Source: Octopus sinensis (lineage: Eukaryota). Taken from it: a stretch of DNA of 64,000 bases. The stretch lies in the NCBI RefSeq assembly GCF_006345805.1, contig NC_043011.1:64368464-64432463 (forward strand). The letters run 5' to 3'. Shown here one piece after another: positions 24,807 through 36,250 of this stretch (positions are counted from its first letter, which is position 1; each line of letters begins with the position of its first letter). The notes under the pieces were generated by a model. The model saw only the letters and a program-made list of their open reading frames with translations, made no database searches and was not told where the DNA came from. The translations under genes and the position numbers were made by a program.

Positions 24807-25148
24807 GTACGTTTCATCGATATATACATTACAGTAGCAAATAATGGTCTTATGGCAGAAAATGTATAACACCATATTATGTAATCTATCTCAGCATATT
24901 AGCATTTTAAATTTACATTTTTATTTCCTAACACATTTATAAATTAAAATTGACAAATGCATAACTTGAGCTCCGGTTCTTTTTGTTGATTTCTTTCGCT
25001 ATATTCAAAGAAAATATTTCTATTTTAGTAAGTTTATAAAAAATATACTAATAACAAAGAAGCAAATGTTACATTGACAATATTAATAGAAATGAGAAAT
25101 GAAACGTACCTGCAGTAGTCAGAATTATTTGCTAAATGAGGATATGCT
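24768..25148. repeat. Inverted repeat 24768-24817 / 25099-25148
   Basis: 49/50 identity to the reverse complement; the left arm spans the exon 2 end and its splice donor. Confidence 0.95.
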
Positions 25149-25291
25149 GTTACGTAACACTGAAATGGTTTAACATTACGATTGAGGCAACGAAAATGTC
25201 ATGGCCTGCCACAATATACAAATAATCCAAGATAATGAAACATATAACTACTTCGTTAAAATGACTTTACCCTTTGTATGCTCACTTTCAG

Positions 25292-25380
25292 ACGCTTACG
25301 AATGTTTGAAGCATGTTTTCAAGAAACCCACAGCAACTGCAGCTTTTATTTTGCAATCATCTATCACCATCTGTGCAGTG
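25292..25380 (+). CDS. Gene A exon 3 (RRLRMFEACFQETHSNCSFYFAIIYHHLCS)
   Basis: Acceptor CTCACTTTCAG, donor GTG|GTAAGA, open phase 2 to 1; homologous to 56500-56684. Confidence 0.8.
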
Positions 25381-25997
25381 GTAAGATATAACGATATTGT
25401 TCATATTCGTACATGGCTTAAACAGTACGTTTGGCAGGAAAGAAACGTGCATTTAAGCAGTACAAAAACAGCCAAAAATGGAAAGTGCAGTTATATATAG
25501 TTTGATGGAAGAAAAGCAGAACAAAAACGATGGATGAAAATGGGTTAGCTGGAGGTAAATCTAGATGGAAAAGCATGATGAATTTATGGGAAAGTACCTG
25601 GAACAATAATAAGTTTATCCGATGAAACATGTAGGAAATCAACTTGGGGTAATTTTTTATGAAAAGCAACCACCTAGGAAACTAAGTAACTAATTTTAAG
25701 CCCACTTTACGGGATGTTCAAGGGCATGGAAAAGCTAGTGGGAACAGCTGATGTACTTGCGCATACAAATGCACGTTCCCACAACTTTATCGATCGCATT
25801 CTCACCTGGAATCGACATTTGTAATTGTTTCAAGACGTGTGCACGCCTTGATAACGTTGGTATCTACAAATCAAATTTTTTAACGCAATTGGATGGAGGA
25901 TGCCCGAGATCCTAGAAGGCGCACACGCAGACAAACAGAAAGATCTCATATAATATAAATGTGTATATATATATAATATATATATATATTATATATA

Positions 25998-26040
<43 letters not shown>

Positions 26041-26129
26041 CGTCCTATGGGATGACCTAGATGAGATATATATGTATATTATACACACACACATATGTGT
26101 ATATATATATATAGTTCCTGGATCTTAAG

Positions 26130-26720
26130 AACCTTCCGGTCCAGAGAACACGGTGCCATCATACCCCTTTTCTCCTCCTTTGTACAGCCACACCTTGAAT
26201 ACTGCTACCCACTATGGTCTCCTTATACAAGACAAAACATCTGGATGATTGAATCACCCTAGAGGGCATTCACTAAATGAATTAAAGGTATGACTGCTCT
26301 CGATTAGTGGGACCGACTTAAAGCGTTGAAACTCTGCTGTCTCCAGCATTGCCGCGAGCGGTACATCATTTGTACGATGTTGGGAATATACCGCCAACTT
26401 TGCACAAACCTCCTCAACATTAGTTTCAAGTTTAATCCAAGGCTTGGACCACGGGCCATACGTCCCCTGCCCAATTTAGGATCAGAGCATATAGGTACAT
26501 TGCAACATAATATCCTTTCCTCAACAGGCTCTGCCCTGTTTAAAATTGTCCCGAAAGAGATCAAAGAGGAAAAGTAACCAAACTTTAAACAGAGTCTGGA
26601 TAGATTTCTTCAAGGAACACCGGATAAGACACCCAAAAAGAAGTCACTAGTTGAATGGACCGTAAACAAAACTTGATTTAAGCAAAAACTTAGATGGTGC
26701 TTTTAATTTAGACATGGCCT
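26130..26720 (+). mobile_element. CR1/L2-like LINE 3' fragment
   Basis: Degenerate QPHLEYCYPLWSP and L...RERYII motifs typical of post-RT CR1/L2 sequence. Confidence 0.65.
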
Positions 26721-26723
26721 GGA

Positions 26724-26769
<46 letters not shown>

Positions 26770-26834
26770 TATATATATATCAGAAATATTAATTTTAAAT
26801 CTCTTAGAGATATGTAAGGAGGTGGGGCGATAGA

Positions 26835-26988
26835 ATGGTTGTATACTGTCAATCTAACGTGAACGTGACAGTAGCGGGTTACACCACTGTTTAGCCCTAG
26901 GAAGCATCGTCGATGTTCCTAGGGCTAAACAGCTGTAATGTATCCCCCCATACTGTCACGTTCACGTAGATTGACAGTATACAACCAT
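26835..26988. repeat. Imperfect fold-back hairpin
   Basis: ATGGTTGTATACTGTCAATCT...AGATTGACAGTATACAACCAT plus an inner CTGTTTAGCCCTAGGAA/TTCCTAGGGCTAAACAG stem. Confidence 0.85.
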
Positions 26989-27029
26989 ATATATATATAT
27001 AGATATATATATATAAACAAATAGGGACA

Positions 27030-27899
27030 ATTATTATTATTAATCAATTTACCAAGTGTTCAGTATGCAAAGGGACATCAAGGCATTAAAATTATACATG
27101 TATAAAAGGGCTTGTAAATAATTACTTTGCCGCTACTGAACTCATTGAAATAGCAGACAAAAAATAAAGCTATTTCTAATACTAAAGTGGAAGCAATCTT
27201 CGAAATATGTTCTTATTTCATGTTTCCAAATCCAACCAAGGAACTGAGCGATGATGATAGAAATTGACTAATCTTGAAACGTACGTTCTCGAATACCTTA
27301 GCATTTGACGATGCCTACCCCCAAACTATGAATAACAAACATATATATGAGAGAGATTTCTTTATATTAGAAATAGCTTTAAAAGTTTGGTGGCTGCTAT
27401 AATGCGTTCATATGCGGCAAAGTAATATTTTACTAGCCCTATAATGTATAATGAATCGCCTTCAATGGTCCTTGGATTACTGAACACTTGGTGACAGTGA
27501 TTAATAATTAATTAATTTCTCAATTGTTGAAATTATAATTATCTCCCTCTATTAATGCTTCGGATTTTACCGAAATAAGATAGTGTTGAGGACCCATACG
27601 GTGGAAAAAGAACACTCTTCGCTTGCTTTTTATTTGTGGCACTGTTAGTTGGAAGCAGATCTTCGAACGTATGTTTTATTTCAGGGTTTCCAAATCCAAA
27701 CCAGGAATTCTGAGCCGATGATAGAATGTTGTTTTGATAATCTGAAACGTACGTTCTCGATTAACCTTAGACATGATCGTGTCCTACCCAACTTTGTGAA
27801 TAGCAAACAATATATATTGAGAGAGAGTTTCTTTAAGTATAAGAAATAGCTTTAAAAGTTTATATTTAATATCAGTATGCGGCAAAGTAATACTAAGCC

Positions 27900-27900
<1 letters not shown>
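27030..27900 (+). mobile_element. Non-autonomous Penelope-like tandem and inverted repeat with two hammerhead-like motifs
   Basis: Inverted piece 27030-27185 followed by ~1.6 tandem units; motifs at 27246-27290 and 27712-27758. Confidence 0.6.
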
Positions 27901-27939
<39 letters not shown>

Positions 27940-28179
27940 CTTTCGAAACTCCGATTACTATATGACATCCATTATTATTTTCTCAAATTAAAACAAATAT
28001 ACATACATACGTACATACATACATACATACATAGACGCATACATACACACACACATACACATATATATGTGTGTATGTGTGTTTCGTGATTTATAATGCA
28101 AGAGCAAGAACCTAATTTACATTTATATATTCCCTTAGATTTATAATCATTTCACACCATTTTAATTCTTTCTTTGCAG

Positions 28180-28223
28180 GATCTCATTGGGATGAAAGCA
28201 AAAATCTCAAGGAATACGACTGA
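28180..28223 (+). CDS. Gene A terminal coding exon (GSHWDESKNLKEYD*)
   Basis: Acceptor TTCTTTCTTTGCAG, phase 1 matches exon 3, AATAAA downstream (~28333, ~28492); paralogous exon at 60454. Confidence 0.75.
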
Positions 28224-28734
28224 TATATGTCACAGTACCTTCAGTATATGAGTATGGTTTCAATGAATACCATTAGAGTAATACAGCTAAAATATCACAT
28301 CTCTTTTCGGCTGATACTGCCTATAATATCACAATAAAGCAGAGATGTATCACTTTAATAATACTTGCACTGGCGATTAGAACTTTGCCTTTGTAAAAGA
28401 CTGATGGTAAATATATTTAAAACGAATCCTAATTAACTGAGCAATATCATGGCAGATCTTAATGCAAATTTGTGAAGACGATCCAGTAGGCAATAAAATA
28501 CGAATTCGTTACTAAAACATTCATATGACTATTATTACATTTTATGTGTTTATACATGACGCAAATCACTGCAAAGCACATACACACACACACACACACA
28601 TTTATATTTATATAAGATAAATATAGGCTTTGCATACTGAATATTATCAAAGCAAATTCAACAGTGCCGCCGAATAACAATTAATATACAGAAAAACTAA
28701 ATTACAAATACTTATTTCTTTATTGCCCAAAGGA

Positions 28735-28880
28735 GGTTAATTAAAGGTTGGACAAACAAGAACCCAGAATGGGATTAAATCGACTACATGGACCCCGGTA
28801 ATTATCTGGTACTTCCTTAATCGACCCCGAAATGAAGAAGGGCAAAATCGACTTCGGCGGAATTTGAACTCAGAACGTAA
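28735..28880 (-). mobile_element. tRNA-derived SINE (shared by both duplicate copies)
   Basis: Reverse complement of the 12800 family. Confidence 0.7.
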
Positions 28881-29196
28881 CAACAGACGTAATACCACTA
28901 AGCATAACAAATATTGCGTGAGAGAAAACAGAAACGAGACAGAAGAATTTAGTAGATATATTGCCATTATCACGAATTTTCTAATTATCTACATTAGAGA
29001 TACTTCTTATACGTTAGCTGATATTCTCACATATATGTATAAACGCACAAACACATATATAATGCATGTATATATACTTATATATATATATATATGCATA
29101 TATGTGAGATGTTTTTATGTTTATATCTTATATATGTATATCTAAGTATATATATATGCGTGTATGTATATGTTATATATATATAATATATATATA

Positions 29197-29267
<71 letters not shown>

Positions 29268-30631
29268 TTGTTTGTATGTGAAATTTACAGAAAAACAAAA
29301 GATGAATTAAGTGTAGAAGGAGCGGACAGGTGTATTAGTTCGGGAAGGTGAGAAAGTCGTTTACGGTTCGAGCCTTCGTACTTCGGCATGAAAGAACATG
29401 ACAAATAAACATACAGAGAATTAAAAACAACAAAAAAAAACTTTGGGAGATAGTAGTTAATCAAATACATCCTCATAGACATACGTCTATAACATTATCT
29501 GCCAAAAATTCATGATGCAATTACAATGATTAGAGAAAGTGCAATCTCATACTAATGAAAAATCTTTCAAAATCTGTGAACCGATTGTTAATAACTCCCT
29601 ATGGGATACTTCATATATATTGTTTTATATCCAGTGAGTATTTGGGGGTTAAGTGATTTCATTGGCGGATTTTTAAAAGCACAGATATATTAGGGCTAAT
29701 ACATAATATGGAAGTTGTTTTTTGTAATGATATTAACCCTCCCCTGTTTAGCTTGCTGTTTAAAATTTTTACTATTTTTTTATAAAGTCTTTCTTATATT
29801 TTATGAATGCGGAATATTCTAAATTGTGATTTATTTCAAAATTGACTATTTTAAATTGTGGAATTGTACAGTTTAGATTTAGATTTAGTTGCCTTATGCA
29901 CTGTTCTTCATTTGTTAATCGCAGACGCCTCTCTCATAAAGTATCAATCGGTTGATTTTCATTTTGTAAATTGCAATATTTAATGTTTTTCAGTTATATA
30001 AATATCTGTTCGTTTACAATGCATCTCACTTCTCAGATTTGAAACGTAGATTAATTTATATGATTTGTTAGATTAGTCTCCGTTTCAATAATATATCCAC
30101 ATTGCATTCTGGGCATGTGATGCAATAGATACGAGTTTTTCTTCAGGCAAATAATAGTTGCATACATTTGCAGCGCCTTTCAATCTCTTAATCGTTTGTT
30201 TGAGCTTTGCTCAATCATTTCATTATTTCAACAACGAATACCTCCCGAGTTCGGTAACTAATATTTCTTTCTCCTCCAGCGATACCACATTTACTAGAAG
30301 TGCCCTGAGGCTTGGTGGTTATATTCATCACGTGATGATATGTGGTTTTGTAATTCTATATCAGAGATTTGATGATTCATGCAGAATTGGATTGCATCGT
30401 TTGGTGAAATCAAGATGTGATAACTAAGAATAGTGATGACGAGAAAGGGAATATAAATATGTATATATTCATATATATTAAGAGTATTTGATACAAAGAG
30501 ATAACGTTTCTAACTTCTTGAACATTCCCATAAGATCTTACGTTTCTTCGACTGAAATGCTCGTGATATCCCCATTTATAATAATTATTATCATTCTTCT
30601 TCTTTTCTTCTTCTTCTTCTTATTCTTCTTA

Positions 30632-30670
<39 letters not shown>

Positions 30671-30849
30671 TATTATTATATTACCTTCTTTCAAATTTGC
30701 TTCCATTCTTGCCGAGTGTCTTCCCGACTCCTAGGGCAAAGAAACTCATAGTAACATTGGTAGGCCATTAAACCAAAACTCAGTAGTTCGTTCATTTTTT
30801 TTTTTTTTAAGTTTAATTAAAATACATGATTAGCAACAGTTCTCACATC

Positions 30850-31065
30850 GACAATGCTCTTCTCAATACGTGTGATGTACCAGTTAAGACATCTTTTGCA
30901 CTTCTTACAGGGATGGTAAGCCAGGGATCATTCTCATATAATTTTCGGTTCCCTTCTTGATCATTCCTAGTGCTCCTACGATCACTGGTATTGGAACCGC
31001 TTTGAGATGCCACATTTTCTCAATTTCAATGAGTAGGTCTTTATATTTTCTGAGCTTGTCAGAAA
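30850..31065 (-). mobile_element. Dong/R4-type LINE endonuclease fragment
   Basis: KYKDLLIEIEKMWHLKAVPIPVIVGALG in ORF 30905-31246. Confidence 0.8.
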
Positions 31066-31560
31066 ATATTATTATTAGTATTATTATTATTATTATCATT
31101 ATTATTATTACTCTTCTTCTTCTATTTCTCCTCCTTCTTCTTCTTCTTCTTCCCCTTCCTCTTCTTCCCCTTCCTCTTCCTCTTCTTCTTCTTCTTCTTC
31201 TCTTCTTCTTCGTCTTCTCTTCTTTTTCCTCTTCTTCTTCACCCACTTCTTCTTCTCTTCTTCTTTGTCTTCTCCTTCTTTTTCCTCTTCTTCTTCTTCT
31301 TCTTCTTCTTTTTTATTCTTCTTCTTCTTCTTCTTCTTTTTCTCCTTTTTCTCCTTCTTCTTCTCCTTCTTCTTCTTCTTCTTCTTGTTTTTTTTCTTCT
31401 ACTTCTTCTTCCTCTACTTCTTTTTCGTCTGCATCTTCTTCTTCTTCTTCTACTACTACTACTACTACACTACTACTACTACTACTTCATTGTCATCATC
31501 ATCTTCTTCTGCTTCTCCTTCTTTCTTCTTCATCATCTTCTTATCATCATCATCGTCGTC
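31066..31560. repeat. (ATT)/(CTT)/(CTA)/(CAT) compound microsatellite
   Basis: Directly visible. Confidence 0.95.
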
Positions 31561-31949
31561 AGTGTTATTGAGTGAGAGAGCAGCGCATACCAACAAAGTG
31601 ACACTGGGGTCCAAATATACGTAGCCCAATACATACACCATTGCCACTCGCCTGATAAGGGTACAACAGGCACACGATTTACTTCCAAATGAACGCGATA
31701 TGGTGGTCTTATATCAAGATTATCTACCCATGATATTGTAGGTAGTGCGCCATTAGAATAATCTACAGCTCGAGAAAGCACATCTTACCTTAAATGTCCC
31801 TGTATAAGATATGTTTAAGGATAATAAAACATACACCTATGGTCCCAGTGGGGAATTATTCAAATCCCAAAAAAACTCCCAATAGCACTTGGCTAATATG
31901 CTACACCACTCCCTCTGCTCCTCATCAGAGTTGCATCGATCGTCAACCA

Positions 31950-32200
31950 CTAGGGGATATGCTCAACTGACAAACAGATCTGTGGTATTAAGTAGAACTT
32001 TTGCTGTAGACCATCATTTATACCAAGAAGAAATATCTGCATAATAACACTTCCAATCAATTAGGATTAAAGGTCATGATGTGTACGTAGCAGGGAATCT
32101 ATAAAAAATATCTAAGACCAATCATATGAATATACTCTAAATCAAATCCTATTCGAAAGATATATTATTTTGAGACATGAACTTTCTCTAAAAATAGGCC
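31950..32200 (+). mobile_element. Degenerate APE-endonuclease LINE remnant
   Basis: SIRIKGHDVYVAG.IY and II..DMNF resemble APE motifs across frameshifts. Confidence 0.35.
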
Positions 32201-32370
32201 ACGCTTCTAACACTAGTTAAAAAAGCCGCGACATATGCCACGTCTATCCATTTAAAATTTTCAAAATCAGTGTAGACTTTGAAACCGGTTAAAGGTTTTA
32301 ATATGTTGATAAATAATATTTTCACTATTCTCGGTGGATTTAAAACTTCTATTTTTCATATACATACACA

Positions 32371-32422
<52 letters not shown>

Positions 32423-32799
32423 TATATATATATATATATATAATAATATATATATACATATATACATAGAGAGAGAGAGGGCGGGGGAGAGAGAGCGTTT
32501 GAGGTGGTGTAAAGATATTGTAACTTTCGAATAATTAGCTTCTCAGAATGCTAGATGAATATATATATGTTTTTATTTACGTTTTATTTGTATTTTTAAC
32601 GCTTACTTCCTTTATTGGATTTATCAAAAAGTGATTTAAATTTAGATTTGTTAATCTTTCTTTTATATAAATAATTTTATATAAGCAAAATAGTAAACGA
32701 AATATTCAACGCTAGGAAAATACCTTAAAAAAGAACAGCTTTAAAGAACAAAATTTCCATCAGAGAATAAAACAAAATTCCTTATAAAAGAATGTGGAT

Positions 32800-33200
32800 A
32801 CAGCAGATGTGGAATATGCAACATCAAATATAAAGGACAAATAAAGAGGGACATATAAAATTTAAGACTGGATACATATTCAAAGCGATTGAAACCAAGA
32901 AATGCAAGACACAAAACCTCATATGCTGCATTACTTGCCCCAAACGCAAGGGTAATTATATTGAGGAAACGAGTAATTCCCTTTGCCAAAGCGCAAGAAG
33001 CCACAAGCATCACATCCGACAAGAAAAATCCCATTGAGTAGATATTCCACTGAGCAAATATTTGGAGAAGGAAAATTCAAAATACCCTCCCAGAAATGCT
33101 AAAGGAACAACCGAAACTTCCGAAAACAATGAGGCTAAACTTCATAAAGGAGTTCGCACCAAAATTAAACACTTCAAAAAAAGTAAACATTTGGTACTAT
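32800..33200 (+). mobile_element. Penelope-like element, GIY-YIG endonuclease remnant
   Basis: KCKTQNLICCITCP..CKGNYIEETSNSL...RSHKHHIR...PLSKYL across a frameshift. Confidence 0.7.
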
Positions 33201-34051
33201 ACTTCACAAAATGTCTCCTCAGCAAAAATAAACTTTTTTTTTTGAAATTGCACCATGTGAATTATACATTAATTTCATTGTGCATATGTTAAAGATGACC
33301 TCAAACCATTGCTAAAACTGCTTTCCCACATTCTTGTTGGACCTTACAAAACACTACAGGTTTATATAAGTACAGCTGGTTTCCCTCTTCTGTACTAGGC
33401 TCTCTTTCTTCATTAGAAACTTATAGTTTGGAGCTTTAAAATATATTCAGAACAAAAACGCCGACCAAATATACATGAAGTTTGAAATATAATTGTAACC
33501 GCGGTGTGCATTGCTTTTTATAAAACTCCGTTTTGCTGATTAACAAATACCCGGACAAAAATCAAGAGTAATGACTAGAATGATATGAATATTTAATTGT
33601 ATGAATTATTATTAAAATCCACGCTTCTTCACACAGATTCTTCTAAAAAAATCATTCTCTTCTTTCTTCTCCCTTGCATTTCAAATCTCACAAAATTATT
33701 TATATATAAAATATACCAAGTAATCTAACTTTAAACCGCTTTATGATAAATCCGACAATAGAAGAAAGCGCTGATAAACATGTAAATAAAAAATTATATA
33801 AAACCATTCAACACATTGACTACCTTATTATTTTAAATATGGGATTAAAATTAATCAAAGGACATACTAGGTATGTCAACCTGCTGGAAATAACAGTCAA
33901 AACTCTTATTAAATCGCCAAAAATACACCGATGAAAACTACAGAAATCAAACGAAGGTAAAATCAGGTTAAGGCAATCTACTAACATACATTTAAGTATT
34001 TGGACTCGCGTGGATCGATTTCTGCATTGGTAAAATAAAACCTTAGCTTCT

Positions 34052-34219
34052 TCAGCGACTGATACCATGATTAGAGACTCCCAACCTATCGCTTCAAAGT
34101 CTCTGCTGCAACTGATTCGTTTCCCGCCGGTGTTATGATTTCGGCGGGAAACGAATCAGTTGCAGCAGAGATTTCGAAGCGATGGGTTGGGAGTCTCTAA
34201 TCATGGTATCAGTCGCTGA
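34052..34219. repeat. Fold-back hairpin, 78-bp arms, 12-nt loop
   Basis: 3 mismatches counted. Confidence 0.95.
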
Positions 34220-34899
34220 CAGCTTTCCATATATAAATCATTATTGCTATGCGACGACATGTCATTCCAGTGGACTTATTTGTGCTATTATTCATTCTCG
34301 TTTTCTAACTACCACGAATATCATGATGCTTACCTGGATGCTCTTATTATTATTGTCATTGTTACTATTATATTATATTATATTATTACTTTTATCCCAG
34401 AATCTGATAATTTGATTGATGGAAAGTAATGTATATACCTAGAGAACACCAGAATGACCAATGGCGTTTAATCATATTCCACTCCACGAAGCGCGCACTA
34501 CCAGATGTTTCTGAAAAAAATATTCAACGTCATACTATTTATAAATTATAATCAGACATAATTGTATATGTATAACAAAGTCACAATCTCCTCAAAGTGG
34601 CTTGCGATGCACAAAGAAGTATCATCTGCCATTGTCTTGTCATATTAATCCTGTACACGCACATACCCACACACCTACACACACACGCACGCACACATAT
34701 GGATATATAAAATCAAGTTATTTTATTCCACACGGATGGAAGTATATTGTTGTTTATACTATTGTTTATGCTGTTGATTAGGTATTTGAAATGTGTGCGT
34801 CCATAGGATAAAAGAGCGATCTAGGCAACCGTCATCACCTGAAATGCTCCGGCTTACAGACGAATGTTCAGATAAAGCCCATTCACACGAAACAATTTG

Positions 34900-36250
34900 G
34901 CAACATTCGCACACCTTCAAAACTGTTCTTGGGGGGGGAGTACTTCGCTCTCCTTTTTAAGTTTTACTTGAAAGAAATTCATGGAAGCCCAGCCGAAGAG
35001 GTAAGTGCCAGCCTTTAATCCTTTTAAGCATCGTCCACCACACAGATTCAGGCAGAGGAAAACTGCATTTCCCTCCCGGCCAAAACTGGACATCGAGAGG
35101 ATCCTCTCAATGTACCCGTCAGATAACCGGTTCCATCGTACGTGTGTCAACTGCTCTTCGACAAAGCTCCACAAACAGTAATACACGGACACTGGACGAG
35201 TACATACAGGGCGGCTTCATCACCCTGTGCACACTTCCGACAGACCTGTCTGACAGGGCTTCGGTGTCTGTAGATCTTGACTCAAACCAGCCGAGTTCTC
35301 CGTTAGGAAAATCAGGCCAGGGAATTCTGGAAGTTATCCGTTGTCCCTTGCCAGGAAGTCCTCCTCAAAGGGACTGCTTTTGGTTCCTCCTGACACCCAG
35401 ATTTCCCTTAGTACGTTATCGCTCTTTCTCTCCACTAATCCCTTATAGTAGAACCTAAACACGCCACACTGGCAGAAATCTGTGAGTAATGGCGGCATTC
35501 CTGGTGCCAAGTACCATTTCTTGGTATACAACCCATGCCTGTAGTTCTATCAAAGAGACCAGCTGCGGAACGTCCCGTTTGAATAACGGCGACCAAAACT
35601 GCTGACGGTTACGGAGACGATAAAGATTCCTGCAGCCTCAGCGCGTACCTGCACATCATTAGACTTTGGCTATTATATCACACAGATCTTGTCTACCTGG
35701 CAGTTTAGACAAAGCTAGATCCCCATTAATTTAATGGTTCCTTCAATCAAGCGCCCTACAACGCTGGTGTTTGGCATAAACCTACCTCTCTAGGTGCCGA
35801 GATGTAGGCCCATCAAATTCTCCTGGTGTATGAGCTGTCTGCGAATCTTTAGCCATAGGTCATCCTGCTTCTTATCATTTCACCCAACTCTTGTCTACCT
35901 GGTGGTTTCGACCAAACTGGATAACCCGCCCTTCAGTGCAGCGCCCGACTACTCTGATATTTCGAATAAACCTGCTTCTCTATGTGCCGAGATATCAGGC
36001 CCATCGAATTCTCCTGGTTGAACTTTGCTCCTGTCACCACTTCGTAGTCTCTTGGAGCTGTGTCGACCACCTCGATTTCCGAGATGGCTGACACTATTAC
36101 AGTGACCTCGTCCAACAAGAAACCACCACATGCTCGACCATACCGGATACATCTCGAAGGATCCAGCTTCTACAGCAATGGCTAGAGATCAAATTCATAG
36201 ATAAGAGATGAGAGCGGGCATCGGTTACAGACAGAACGAGCTATGCTAAA
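34900..36250 (-). mobile_element. Heavily degraded L1/Tx1-like remnant
   Basis: Fragments parallel to 10271-12120 (GNAVFLCL, GAKFNQE.SMGL, VTVIVS). Confidence 0.55.

Larger units (their letters stand above)
28078..29740 (+). repeat. Segmental duplication, copy 1 (terminal exon and 3' flank of gene A)
   Basis: Collinear with 60352-63010. Confidence 0.95.

Noticed and set aside
29330-29380. Degenerate hammerhead-like remnants (also ~41950-41990 and 62630-62660)
   Set aside because: Catalytic core mutated; not supportable as ribozymes.
30488-31627. Segments matching 63011-63380 in inverted orientation, suggesting a local inversion next to the duplication
   Set aside because: A similar (GAA)n-linked end recurs at ~63960, so it is more likely a dispersed repeat inserted independently.
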